Origin: Eledone cirrhosa
Lineage: Eukaryota
Direction: 5' to 3'
Assembly (NCBI GenBank): GCA_964016885.1
Contig: OZ024740.1
Coordinates: 279,558,001 to 279,622,000, forward strand
Length of the DNA stretch: 64,000 nt
The position numbers were made by a program, and so were the translations under genes. Of the stretch, positions 1 through 13,799 are shown piece after piece; the first letter of the stretch is position 1; each line of letters opens with the position of its first letter. The notes beneath the pieces were generated by a model. The model made no database searches. It saw only the letters and a list, made by a program, of their open reading frames with translations, and was not told the DNA's origin.

Positions 1-404
1 TTTGGGTGATCCATTTTTTATTTGGGGGATCCATTTTTTATTTGGGTGATCCATTTTTTATTTGGGTGATCCATTTTTTATTTGGGGGATCCATTTTTTA
101 TTTGGGTGATCCATTTTTTATTTGGGGGATCCATTTTTTATTTGGAGGATCATTTTTTATTTGGGTGATCCATTTTTTATTTGGGGGGATCTATTTTTTA
201 TTTGGGTGATCCATTTTTTATTTGGGTGATCCATTTTTTATTTGGGTGATCCATTTTTTATTTGGTGGATCCATTTTTTATTTGGGAGATCCATTTTTAT
301 TTGGGGGTCCATTTTTTTGGGGGTGATCCATTTTCCATTTGGGTGATCCATTTTGTATTTGGGTGATCCATTTTTTATTTGAGGGATCCATTTTTTATTT
401 GATG

Positions 405-1426
405 GTTCTTCCAAATAAAAAATGGATCACCCAAATAAAAAAATGATCCCCCAAATAAAAAATGGATCACCCAAATAAAAAATGGATCACCCAAATAAAA
501 AATAGATCCGCCAAATAAAAAATGGATCCCCCAAATAAAAATGGATCCCCCAAATAAAAAATGGATCACTCAAATAAAAAATGGAACACCCAAATAAAAA
601 ATGGATCCCCCAAATAAAAAATGGATCCCCCAAATAAAAAATGGATCACCCAAATAAAAAATGGATCCCCCAAATAAAAAATGGATCACCCAAATAAAAA
701 CTGGATCCCCCAAATAAAAAATGGATCACCCAAATAAAAAATGGATCCCCCAAATAAAAAATGGATCCCCCAAATAAAAAATGGATCACCCAAATAAAAA
801 ATGGATCCCCCAAATAAAAAATGGATCACCCAAATAAAAACTGGATCCCCCAAATAAAAAATGGATCACCCAAATAAAAAATGGATCCCCCAAATAAAAA
901 ATGGATCACCCAAATAAAAAATGGATCCCCCAAATAAAAAATGGATCCCCCAAATAAAAAATGGATCCCCCAAATAAAAAATGGATCCCCCAAATAAAAA
1001 ATGGATCACCCAAATAAAAAATGGATCACCCAAATAAAAAATGGATCACCCAAATAAAAAATGCATCCTCCAAATAAAAAATGGATCACCCAAATAAAAA
1101 AAGATCCTAGCAAATAAAAAATGGATCACCCAAATACAAAATGGATCACGCAAATAAAAAATGGATCCCCCAAATAAAAAATGGATCCCCCAAATAAAAA
1201 ATGGATCCCCCAAATAAAAAATGGATCACCCAAATAAAAAATGGATCACCCAAATAAAAAATGGATCACCCAAATAAAAAATGGATCGCCCAAATAAAAA
1301 ATGGATCCCCCAAATAAAAAATGGATAGCCCAAATAAAAAATGGATACCCCAAATAAAAAATGGATCCCCCAAATAAAAAATGGATCACCCAAATAAAAA
1401 ATTGTTCACCCAAATAAAAAATGGAT
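405..1426 (-). repeat. ~1.0-kb reverse-oriented satellite block (family carrying the GATCCTAGC variant)
   Basis: Starts at TTTGATGGTTCTTCCAAA (~398-415) and ends at AAAAAATGGATCCCTTTTTT (~1416-1435). Carries the rare variant AAGATCCTAGCAAAT at ~1101. Homologous blocks lie at ~13800-14780, 22098-23100, 24293-25295 and 26526-27528. Confidence 0.93.
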
Positions 1427-2814
1427 CCCTTTTTTATTTAGCGGATCCATTTTTTATTTCGGTGATCCATTTTTTATTTGGTGGATCCATTTTTAATTTG
1501 GGGGATCCATTTTTTATTTGGGTGATCCATTTTTTATTTGGGGGATCCATTTTTTATTTGAGGGATCAATTTTTTATTTGGGTGATCCATTTTTTATTTG
1601 GGTGATCCATTTTTTATTTGGTGATCCATTTTTTATTTGGGGGATCCATTTTTTATTTGGGTGATCGATTTTTTATTTGGGTGATCCATTTTTTATTTGG
1701 GGGATCCATTTTTTATTTGGGTGATCCATTTTTTATTTGGGGGATCCATTTTTTATTTGGGCGATCCATTTTTTATTTGGGGGATCCATTTTTTATTTGG
1801 GGGATCCATTTTTTATTTGGGGGATCCATTTTATATTTGGGTGATCCATTTTTTATTTGGGTGATCCATTTTCTATTTGGGGGATCCATTTTTTATTTGG
1901 GGGATCCATTTTTTATTTGGGGGATCCATTTTTTATTTGAGGGTCCATTTTTTGGGGGGTGATCCATTTTTTATTTTTTGGATCCATTTTTTATTTGGGT
2001 GATCCATTTTTTATTTGGGTGATCCATTTTCTATTTGGGTGATACATTTTTTATTTGGGTGATCCATTTTTTATTTGGGTGATCCATTTTTTATTTGTGG
2101 GATCCTATTTTTATTTGGGCGATCCATTTTTTATTTGGGGGATTCATTTTTTATTTGGGTGATCCATTTTTTATTTGGGGTATCCATTTTTAATTTGGGT
2201 GATCCATTTTTTATTTGGGTGATCCATTTTTTATTTGGTGGATCCATTTTTAATTTGGGGGATCCATTTTTTATTTGGGTGATCCATTTTTTATTTGGGG
2301 GATCCATTTTTTATTTGGGGGATCAATTTTTTATTTGGGTGATCCATTTTTTATTTGGGTGATCCATTTTTTATTTGGTGATCCATTTTTTATTTGGGTG
2401 ATCGATTTTTTATTTGGGTGATCTATTTTTTATTTGGGGTATCCATTTTTAATTTGGGTGATCCATTTTTTATTTGGGTGATCCATTTTTTATTTGGGTG
2501 ATCCATTTTTTATTTGAGTGATCCATTTTTTATTTGGGGGATCCATTTTTTATTTGGGTGATCCATTTTTTATTTGGGGGATCCATTTTTTATTTGGGGG
2601 ATCCATTTTTTATTTGGGGGATCCATTTTTTATTTGGGGGATCCATTTTTTATTTGGGGGATCCATTTTATATTTGGGTGATCCATTTTTTATTTGGGTG
2701 ATCCATTTTTTATTTGGGGGATCCATTTTTTATTTGGGGGATCCATTTTTTATTTGGGTGATCCATTTTTTATTTGAGCGATCCATTCTTCTTTATTTGA
2801 GGGTTCCATTTTTT

Positions 2815-2890
2815 AAAAAATGGATCACCCAAATAAAAAATGGATCCCCCAAATAAAAAATGGTTCCCCCAAATAAATGGTTCCCTCAAA
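2815..2890 (-). repeat. 76-bp micro-inversion flanked by a ~42-bp direct duplication (copies at 5977-6052 and 9139-9214)
   Basis: Left junction CCATTTTTT|AAAAAATGG, right junction CCCTCAAA|TTTTTATTTG. Both flanks read TTTGA(G/A)CGATCCATTCTTCTTTATTTGAGGGTT. Confidence 0.9.
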
Positions 2891-3399
2891 TTTTTATTTG
2901 AACGATCCATTCTTCTTTATTTGAGGGTTTCATTTTTTATTTGGGTGATCCATTTTTTATTTTGGTGATCCATTTTTTATTTGGGGGATCCATTTTTTAT
3001 TTGGGGGATCCATTTTTGATTTGGGTGATCCATTTTTTATTTGGGTGATCCATTTTTTATTTGGGTGATGCATTTTTTATTTGGGGGAACCATTTTTTAT
3101 TTGGGGGATCCATTTTTTATTTGGGTGATCCATTTTTTATTTGGGTGATCCATTTTTTATTTGGTTGATCCATTTTTTATTTGGTTGATCCATTTTTTAT
3201 TTGGGTGATCCATTTTTTATTTGGGGGATCCATTTTTCATTTGGGTGATCCATTTTTTATTTGGGTGATCCATTTTTTATTTGGGGGCCCATTTTTTATT
3301 TGGGTGAGCCATTTTTTATTTGGGGGATCCATTTTTTATTTGGGTGATCCATTTTTTATTTGGGTGATCCATTTTTTATTTGGGGGATCCATTTTTTAT

Positions 3400-5080
3400 T
3401 TGGGTGATCCATTTTTTATTTGGGAGATCCATCAAATAAAAAATGGATCCCCCAAATAAAAATCGGATCACCATATAAAAAATGGATCACACAAATAAAA
3501 AATGTATCCCCCAAATAAAAAATGGATCACCCAAATAAAAACTGGATCCCCCAAATAAAAAATGGATCACCCAAATAGATAATGTATCCCCCAAATAAAA
3601 AATGGATCCCTCAAATAAAAAATGGATCCCCCAAATAAAAAAGGGATCCATTTTTTATTTGGGTGATCCATTTTTTTATTTGGGTGATCCATTTTTTATT
3701 TGGGGGATCCATTTTTTATTTGGGTGATCCATTTTTTATTTGGGTCATCCATTTTTTATTTGGAGGATCCATTTTTTATTTGGGTGATCCATTTTTTATT
3801 TGGGTGATCCATTTTTTATTTGGGGGATCCATTTTTTATTTGGGTGATCCATTTTTTATTTGAATGATCCATTTTTTTATTTGGGTGATCCATTTTTTAT
3901 TTGGGGGATCCATTTTTTATTTGGGTGATCCATTTTTTATTTGGGGGATCCATTTTTTATTTGGGTGATCCATTTTTTATTTGGGTGATCCATTTTTTAT
4001 TGGGGGGATCCATTTTTTATTTGGGTGATCCATTTTTTATTTGAGTGATCCATTCTTTATTTGAGGTATCCATTTTTTATTTGGGTGATTCATTTTTCAT
4101 TTTGGTGATCCATTTTTTATTTGGGGGATCCATTTTTTATTTGGGCGATCCATTTTTTATTTGGCTGATCCAGTTTTTATTTGGGTGATCCATTTTTTAT
4201 TTGGGTGATACATTTTTTATTTGGGGGATCCATTTTTTATTTGGGGGATCCATTTTTTATTTGGGAGATCCATCAAATAAAAAATGGATCCCCCAAATAA
4301 AAATCGGATCACCATATAAAAAATGGATCACCCAAATAAAAAATGGATCCCCCAAATAAAAAATGGATCACCCAAATAAAAACTGGATCCCCCAAATAAA
4401 AAATGGATCACCCAAATAGATAATGTATCCCCCAAATAAAAAATGGATCCCTCAAATAAAAAATGGATCCCCCAAATAAAAAAGGGATCCATTTTTTATT
4501 TGGGTGATCCATTTTTTTATTTGGGTGATCCATTATTTATTTGGGGGATCCATTTTTTATTTGGGTGATCCATTTCTTATTTGGGTCATCCATTTTTTAT
4601 TTGGAGGATCCATTTTTTATTTGGGTGATCCATTTTTTATTTGGGTGATCCATTTTTTATTTGGGGGATCCATTTTTTATTTGGGTGATCCATTTTTTAT
4701 TTGAATGATCCATTTTTTTATTTGGGTGATCCATTTTTTATTTGGGGGATCCATTTTTTATTTGGGTGATCCATTTTTTATTTGGGGGATCCATTTTTTA
4801 TTTGGGTGATCCATTTTTTATTTGGGTGATCCATTTTTTATTGGGGGGATCCATTTTTTATTTGGGTGATCCATTTTTTATTTGAGTGATCCATTCTTTA
4901 TTTGAGGTATCCATTTTTTATTTGGGTGATTCATTTTTCATTTGGGTGATCCATTTTTTATTTGGGGGATCCATTTTTTATTTGGGCGATCCATTTTTTA
5001 TTTGGCTGATCCAGTTTTTATTTGGGTGATCCATTTTTTATTTGGGTGATACATTTTTTATTTGGGGGATCCATTTTTTA
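3400..5080 (+). repeat. 841-bp tandem duplication nested inside the 3,162-bp unit
   Basis: Junction GATCs at 3426 and 4267. Near-identical ORFs at 3663 and 4504. Shared variants TTTGAATGATCC, TTTGAGGTATCC and GGCTGATCCAG recur at about the same offset. Confidence 0.92.
3426..3648 (-). repeat. Short inverted cassette (~11 monomers); copies at 4267-4489, 6588-6810, 7429-7651, 9750-9972 and 10591-10813
   Basis: Bounded by TTTGGGAGATCCATCAAA and AAAAAAGGGATCCATTTTTT. Internal markers are AAAATCGGATCACCATATAAAA and AAATAGATAATGTATCC. Confidence 0.93.
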
Positions 5081-8000
5081 TTTGGGTGATTCATTTTTTA
5101 TTTGGGTGATCCATTTTTTATGTTTTGGATCCATTTTTTATTTGGGGGATCCATTTTTTATTTGGGTGATCCATTTTTTATTTGGGTGATCCATTTTTTA
5201 TTTGGAGGATCCATTTTTTATTTGGGTGATCGAATTTTTATTTGGAGGATGCATTTTTTATTTGGGTGATCCATTTTTTATTTGGGTGATCAATTTTTTA
5301 TTTGGGTGATCCATTTTTTATTTGGGTGATCAATTTTTTATTTGGGGGATCCATTTTTTATTTGGGTGATCCATTTTTTATTTGGGTGTCCATTTTTTAT
5401 TTGGGTGATCCATTTTTTATTTGGGGGATCCATTTTTTATTTGGGGGATCCATTTTTTATTTGGGTGATCCATTTTTTATTTGGGTGATCCATTTTTATT
5501 TGGGTGATCCATTTTTTATTTGGGTGATCCATTTTTTATTTGGGGGATCCATTTTTTATTTGGGTGTTCCATTTGTTATTTGGGTGATCCATTTTTTATT
5601 TGGGGGTCCATTTTTTATTTGGGTGATCCATTTTTTATTTGGGGGATCCATTTTTTATTTGGGGGATCCATTTTTTATTTGGGTGATCCATTTTTTATTT
5701 GGGGATTCATTTTTTATTTGGGCGATCCATTTTTTATTTGGGTGATCCATTTTTTATTTGGGTGATCCATTTTTTATTTGGGTGATCCATTTTTTATTTG
5801 GAGGATCCATTTTTTATTTGGGGAGCCATTTTTTATTTGGGGATCCATTTTTTATTTGGGTGATCCATTTTTTATTTGGGGGATCCATTTTTTATTTGGG
5901 GGATCCATTTTTTATTTGGGGGATCCATTTTTTATTTGAGCGATCCATTCTTCTTTATTTGAGGGTTCCGTTTTTTAAAAAATGGATCACCCAAATAAAA
6001 AATGGATCCCCCAAATAAAAAATGGTTCCCCCAAATAAATGGTTCCCTCAAATTTTTATTTGAACGATCCATTCTTCTTTATTTGAGGGTTCCATTTTTT
6101 ATTTGGGTGATCCATTTTTTATTTTGGTGATCCATTTTTTATTTGGGGGATCCATTTTTTATTTGGGGGATCCATTTTTGATTTGGGTGATCCATTTTTT
6201 ATTTGGGTGATCCATTTTTTATTTGGGTGATGCATTTTTTATTTGGGGGAACCATTTTTTATTTGGGGGATCCATTTTTTATTTGGGTGATCCATTTTTT
6301 ATTTGGGTGATCCATTTTTTATTTGGTTGATCCATTTTTTATTTGGTTGATCCATTTTTTATTTGGGTGATCCATTTTTTATTTGGGGGATCCATTTTTC
6401 ATTTGGGTGATCCATTTTTTATTTGGGTGATCCATTTTTTATTTGGGGGCCCATTTTTTATTTGGGTGAGCCATTTTTTATTTGGGGGATCCATTTTTTA
6501 TTTGGGTGATCCATTTTTTATTTGGGTGATCCATTTTTTATTTGGGGGATCCATTTTTTATTTGGGTGATCCATTTTTTATTTGGGAGATCCATCAAATA
6601 AAAAATGGATCCCCCAAATAAAAATCGGATCACCATATAAAAAATGGATCACACAAATAAAAAATGTATCCCCCAAATAAAAAATGGATCACCCAAATAA
6701 AAACTGGATCCCCCAAATAAAAAATGGATCACCCAAATAGATAATGTATCCCCCAAATAAAAAATGGATCCCTCAAATAAAAAATGGATCCCCCAAATAA
6801 AAAAGGGATCCATTTTTTATTTGGGTGATCCATTTTTTTATTTGGGTGATCCATTTTTTATTTGGGGGATCCATTTTTTATTTGGGTGATCCATTTTTTA
6901 TTTGGGTCATCCATTTTTTATTTGGAGGATCCATTTTTTATTTGGGTGATCCATTTTTTATTTGGGTGATCCATTTTTTATTTGGGGGATCCATTTTTTA
7001 TTTGGGTGATCCATTTTTTATTTGAATGATCCATTTTTTTATTTGGGTGATCCATTTTTTATTTGGGGGATCCATTTTTTATTTGGGTGATCCATTTTTT
7101 ATTTGGGGGATCCATTTTTTATTTGGGTGATCCATTTTTTATTTGGGTGATCCATTTTTTATTGGGGGGATCCATTTTTTATTTGGGTGATCCATTTTTT
7201 ATTTGAGTGATCCATTCTTTATTTGAGGTATCCATTTTTTATTTGGGTGATTCATTTTTCATTTTGGTGATCCATTTTTTATTTGGGGGATCCATTTTTT
7301 ATTTGGGCGATCCATTTTTTATTTGGCTGATCCAGTTTTTATTTGGGTGATCCATTTTTTATTTGGGTGATACATTTTTTATTTGGGGGATCCATTTTTT
7401 ATTTGGGGGATCCATTTTTTATTTGGGAGATCCATCAAATAAAAAATGGATCCCCCAAATAAAAATCGGATCACCATATAAAAAATGGATCACCCAAATA
7501 AAAAATGGATCCCCCAAATAAAAAATGGATCACCCAAATAAAAACTGGATCCCCCAAATAAAAAATGGATCACCCAAATAGATAATGTATCCCCCAAATA
7601 AAAAATGGATCCCTCAAATAAAAAATGGATCCCCCAAATAAAAAAGGGATCCATTTTTTATTTGGGTGATCCATTTTTTTATTTGGGTGATCCATTATTT
7701 ATTTGGGGGATCCATTTTTTATTTGGGTGATCCATTTCTTATTTGGGTCATCCATTTTTTATTTGGAGGATCCATTTTTTATTTGGGTGATCCATTTTTT
7801 ATTTGGGTGATCCATTTTTTATTTGGGGGATCCATTTTTTATTTGGGTGATCCATTTTTTATTTGAATGATCCATTTTTTTATTTGGGTGATCCATTTTT
7901 TATTTGGGGGATCCATTTTTTATTTGGGTGATCCATTTTTTATTTGGGGGATCCATTTTTTATTTGGGTGATCCATTTTTTATTTGGGTGATCCATTTTT

Positions 8001-11000
8001 TATTGGGGGGATCCATTTTTTATTTGGGTGATCCATTTTTTATTTGAGTGATCCATTCTTTATTTGAGGTATCCATTTTTTATTTGGGTGATTCATTTTT
8101 CATTTGGGTGATCCATTTTTTATTTGGGGGATCCATTTTTTATTTGGGCGATCCATTTTTTATTTGGCTGATCCAGTTTTTATTTGGGTGATCCATTTTT
8201 TATTTGGGTGATACATTTTTTATTTGGGGGATCCATTTTTTATTTGGGTGATCCATTTTTTATTTGGGTGATCCATTTTTTATGTTTTGGATCCATTTTT
8301 TATTTGGGGGATCCATTTTTTATTTGGGTGATCCATTTTTTATTTGGGTGATCCATTTTTTATTTGGAGGATCCATTTTTTATTTGGGTGATCGAATTTT
8401 TATTTGGAGGATGCATTTTTTATTTGGGTGATCCATTTTTTATTTGGGTGATCAATTTTTTATTTGGGTGATCCATTTTTTATTTGGGTGATCAATTTTT
8501 TATTTGGGGGATCCATTTTTTATTTGGGTGATCCATTTTTTATTTGGGTGTCCATTTTTTATTTGGGTGATCCATTTTTTATTTGGGGGATCCATTTTTT
8601 ATTTGGGGGATCCATTTTTTATTTGGGTGATCCATTTTTTATTTGGGTGATCCATTTTTATTTGGGTGATCCATTTTTTATTTGGGTGATCCATTTTTTA
8701 TTTGGGGGATCCATTTTTTATTTGGGTGTTCCATTTGTTATTTGGGTGATCCATTTTTTATTTGGGGGTCCATTTTTTATTTGGGTGATCCATTTTTTAT
8801 TTGGGGGATCCATTTTTTATTTGGGGGATCCATTTTTTATTTGGGTGATCCATTTTTTATTTGGGGATTCATTTTTTATTTGGGCGATCCATTTTTTATT
8901 TGGGTGATCCATTTTTTATTTGGGTGATCCATTTTTTATTTGGGTGATCCATTTTTTATTTGGAGGATCCATTTTTTATTTGGGGAGCCATTTTTTATTT
9001 GGGGATCCATTTTTTATTTGGGTGATCCATTTTTTATTTGGGGGATCCATTTTTTATTTGGGGGATCCATTTTTTATTTGGGGGATCCATTTTTTATTTG
9101 AGCGATCCATTCTTCTTTATTTGAGGGTTCCGTTTTTTAAAAAATGGATCACCCAAATAAAAAATGGATCCCCCAAATAAAAAATGGTTCCCCCAAATAA
9201 ATGGTTCCCTCAAATTTTTATTTGAACGATCCATTCTTCTTTATTTGAGGGTTCCATTTTTTATTTGGGTGATCCATTTTTTATTTTGGTGATCCATTTT
9301 TTATTTGGGGGATCCATTTTTTATTTGGGGGATCCATTTTTGATTTGGGTGATCCATTTTTTATTTGGGTGATCCATTTTTTATTTGGGTGATGCATTTT
9401 TTATTTGGGGGAACCATTTTTTATTTGGGGGATCCATTTTTTATTTGGGTGATCCATTTTTTATTTGGGTCATCCATTTTTTATTTGGTTGATCCATTTT
9501 TTATTTGGTTGATCCATTTTTTATTTGGGTGATCCATTTTTTATTTGGGGGATCCATTTTTCATTTGGGTGATCCATTTTTTATTTGGGTGATCCATTTT
9601 TTATTTGGGGGCCCATTTTTTATTTGGGTGAGCCATTTTTTATTTGGGGGATCCATTTTTTATTTGGGTGATCCATTTTTTATTTGGGTGATCCATTTTT
9701 TATTTGGGGGATCCATTTTTTATTTGGGTGATCCATTTTTTATTTGGGAGATCCATCAAATAAAAAATGGATCCCCCAAATAAAAATCGGATCACCATAT
9801 AAAAAATGGATCACACAAATAAAAAATGTATCCCCCAAATAAAAAATGGATCACCCAAATAAAAACTGGATCCCCCAAATAAAAAATGGATCACCCAAAT
9901 AGATAATGTATCCCCCAAATAAAAAATGGATCCCTCAAATAAAAAATGGATCCCCCAAATAAAAAAGGGATCCATTTTTTATTTGGGTGATCCATTTTTT
10001 TATTTGGGTGATCCATTTTTTATTTGGGGGATCCATTTTTTATTTGGGTGATCCATTTTTTATTTGGGTCATCCATTTTTTATTTGGAGGATCCATTTTT
10101 TATTTGGGTGATCCATTTTTTATTTGGGTGATCCATTTTTTATTTGGGGGATCCATTTTTTATTTGGGTGATCCATTTTTTATTTGAATGATCCATTTTT
10201 TTATTTGGGTGATCCATTTTTTATTTGGGGGATCCATTTTTTATTTGGGTGATCCATTTTTTATTTGGGGGATCCATTTTTTATTTGGGTGATCCATTTT
10301 TTATTTGGGTGATCCATTTTTTATTGGGGGGATCCATTTTTTATTTGGGTGATCCATTTTTTATTTGAGTGATCCATTCTTTATTTGAGGTATCCATTTT
10401 TTATTTGGGTGATTCATTTTTCATTTGGGTGATCCATTTTTTATTTGGGGGATCCATTTTTTATTTGGGCGATCCATTTTTTATTTGGCTGATCCAGTTT
10501 TTATTTGGGTGATCCATTTTTTATTTGGGTGATACATTTTTTATTTGGGGGATCCATTTTTTATTTGGGGGATCCATTTTTTATTTGGGAGATCCATCAA
10601 ATAAAAAATGGATCCCCCAAATAAAAATCGGATCACCATATAAAAAATGGATCACCCAAATAAAAAATGGATCCCCCAAATAAAAAATGGATCACCCAAA
10701 TAAAAACTGGATCCCCCAAATAAAAAATGGATCACCCAAATAGATAATGTATCCCCCAAATAAAAAATGGATCCCTCAAATAAAAAATGGATCCCCCAAA
10801 TAAAAAAGGGATCCATTTTTTATTTGGGTGATCCATTTTTTTATTTGGGTGATCCATTATTTATTTGGGGGATCCATTTTTTATTTGGGTGATCCATTTC
10901 TTATTTGGGTCATCCATTTTTTATTTGGAGGATCCATTTTTTATTTGGGTGATCCATTTTTTATTTGGGTGATCCATTTTTTATTTGGGTGATCCATTTT

Positions 11001-12425
11001 TTATTTGAATGATCCATTTTTTTATTTGGGTGATCCATTTTTTATTTGGGTGATCCATTTTTTATTTGGGGGATCCATTTTTTATTTGGGTGATCCATTT
11101 TTTATTTGGGTGATCCATTTTTTATTGGGGGGATCCATTTTTTATTTGGGTGATCCATTTTTTATTTGAGTGATCCATTCTTTATTTGAGGTATCCATTT
11201 TTTATTTGGGTGATTCATTTTTCATTTGGGTGATCCATTTTTTATTTGGGGGATCCATTTTTTATTTGGGCGATCCATTTTTTATTTGGCTGATCCAGTT
11301 TTTATTTGGGTGATCCATTTTTTATTTGGGTGATACATTTTTTATTTGGGGGATCCATTTTTTATTTGGGTGATCCATTTTTTATTTGGGTGATCCATTT
11401 TTTATGTTTTGGATCCATTTTTTATTTGGGGGATCCATTTTTTATTTGGGTGATCCATTTTTTATTTGGGTGATCCATTTTTTATTTGGAGGATCCATTT
11501 TTTATTTGGGTGATCGAATTTTTATTTGGAGGATGCATTTTTTATTTGGGTGATCCATTTTTTATTTGGGTGATCAATTTTTTATTTGGGGGATCCATTT
11601 TTTATTTGGGTGATCCATTTTTTATTTGGGTGTCCATTTTTTATTTGGGTGATCCATTTTTTATTTGGGGGATCCATTTTTTATTTGGGGGATCCATTTT
11701 TTATTTGGGTGATCCATTTTTTATTTGGGGGATCCATTTTTATTTGGGTGATCCATTTTTTATTTGGGTGATCCATTTTTTATTTGGGGGATCCATTTTT
11801 TATTTGGGTGTTCCATTTGTTATTTGGGTGATCCATTTTTTATTTGGGGGTCCATTTTTTATTTGGGTGATCCATTTTTTATTTGGGGGATCCATTTTTT
11901 ATTTGGGGGATCCATTTTTTATTTGGGTGATCCATTTTTTATTTGGGGATTCATTTTTTATTTGGGCGATCCATTTTTTATTTGGGTGATCCATTTTCTA
12001 TTTGGGTGATCCATTTTTTATTTGGGTGATCCATTTTTTATTTGGAGGATCCATTTTTTATTTGGGGAGCCATTTTTTATTTGGGGATCCATTTTTTATT
12101 TGGGTGATCCATTTTTTATTTGGGGGATCCATTTTTTATTTGGGGGATCCATTTTTTATTTGGGGGATCCATTTTTTACTTGGGTGATCCATTTTTTATT
12201 TGGGGGAACCAGTTTTAATTTGGGTGATCCATTTTTTATTTGGGGGATCCATTTTTTATTTGGGTGATCCATTTTTTATTTTGAGGATCCAGTTTATATT
12301 TGGGGGATCCATTTTTTATTTGGGGGATCCATTTTTTATTTGGGTGTTTCATTTTTTATTTGGGTGATCCATTTTTTATTTGGGGGATCCATTTTTTATT
12401 TGGATGATCCATTTTTTATTTGGGA

Positions 12426-12648
12426 GATCCATCAAATAAAAAATGGATCCCCCAAATAAAAAATGGATCCCTCAAATAAAAAATGGATCACCCAAATAAA
12501 AAATGGATCACCCAAATAAAAAATGTATCCCCAAATAAAAAATGGATCCCCCAAATATAAAATGGATCCCACAAATAAAAAATGGATCACCCAAATAAAA
12601 AATGGATCCCCCAAATAAAAAATGGATCACCCAAATAAAAAAGGGATC
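12426..12648 (-). repeat. Short inverted cassette with the same junctions but different internal variants
   Basis: GGGAGATCCATCAAA at ~12422 and AAGGGATCCA at 12641. It lacks the TCGGATCACCATAT and AAATAGATAA markers. Confidence 0.88.
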
Positions 12649-13284
12649 CATTTTTTATTTGGGTGATCCATTTTTTTATTTGGGTGATTCATTTTTTATT
12701 TGGGGGATCCATTTTTTATTTGGGTGATCCATTTTTTATTTGGGTGATCCATTTTTTATTTGGGGGATCCATTTTTTATTTGGGTGATCCATTTTTTATT
12801 TGGGGGATCCATTTTTTATTTGGGCGATCCATTTTTTATTTGGGTGATCCATTTTTTATTTGGGGGATCCATTTTTTATTTGGGTGATCCATTTTTTATT
12901 TGGGTGATCCATTTTTTATTTGGGGGCCCATTTTTTATTTGGGTGATCCATTTTTTATTTGAATGATCCATTTTTTTATTTGGGTGATCCATTTTTTATT
13001 TGGGTGATCCATTTTTTATTTGGGGGATCCATTTTTTATTTGGGTGATCCATTTTTTATTTGGGGGAACCAGTTTTAATTTGGGTGATCCATTTTTTATT
13101 TGGGTGAACCATTCTTTATTTGTGGGATCCATTTTATATTTGGGGGATCCATTTTTTATTTTGGTGATCCATTTTTTATTTGGGGGATCCATTTTTTATT
13201 TGGGTGATCCATTTTTTATTTGGGTGATCCATTTGTTATTTGGGAATCCATTTTTTATTTGGGTGATCCATTTTTTATTTGGGA

Positions 13285-13447
13285 GATCCATCAAATAAAA
13301 AATGGATCCCCCAAATAAAAATCGGATCACCATATAAAAAATGGATCACCCAAATAAAAAATGGATCCCCCAAATAAAAAATGGATCACCCAAATAGATA
13401 ATGTATCCCCCAAATAAAAAATGGATCCGCCAAATAAAAAAGGGATC
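13285..13447 (-). repeat. Shortened inverted cassette (~8 monomers)
   Basis: Same two junctions. Retains TCGGATCACCATAT and AAATAGATAA and carries GGATCCGCCAAA. Confidence 0.88.
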
Positions 13448-13799
13448 CATTTTTTATTTGGGGGATCCATTTTTATTTGGGTGATCCATTTTTTATTTGG
13501 GTGATCCATTTTTTATTTGGGGGATCCATTTTTTATTTGGGTGATCCATTTTTTATTTGGGGGATCCATTTTTTATTTGGAGGATCATTTTTTATTTGGG
13601 TGATCCATTTTTTATTTGGGGGGATCTATTTTTTATTTGGGTGATCCATTTTTTATTTGGGTGATCCATTTTTTATTAGGTGGATCCATTTATTATTTGG
13701 GAGATCCATTTTTATTTGGGGGTCCATTTTTTTTGGGGTGATCCATTTTCCATTTGGGTGATCCATTTTGTATTTGGGTGATCCATTTTTCATTTGATG

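Larger units (their letters stand above)
2773..12178 (+). repeat. Higher-order repeat, 3,162-bp unit x3 (2773-5934, 5935-9096, 9097-~12178; third copy 80 bp shorter)
   Basis: The marker TTTGAGCGATCCATTCTTCTTT recurs at 2773, 5935 and 9097. Identical ORF translations start at 3181/6343/9505 and 3663/6825/9987 (offset 3162). The 8682 to 11764 offset is 3082. Confidence 0.95.

Noticed and set aside
405-1426. Polyadenylation signals (AATAAA), terminator-like T runs or Dam-regulated origin-like GATC clusters
   Set aside because: These motifs are simply part of every monomer, and there is no gene or origin context to support a regulatory call.
3426-3648. MITE or foldback transposon explanation for the short cassettes
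   Set aside because: The interior is pure satellite, with no distinct terminal repeats, target-site duplication or transposase remnant.
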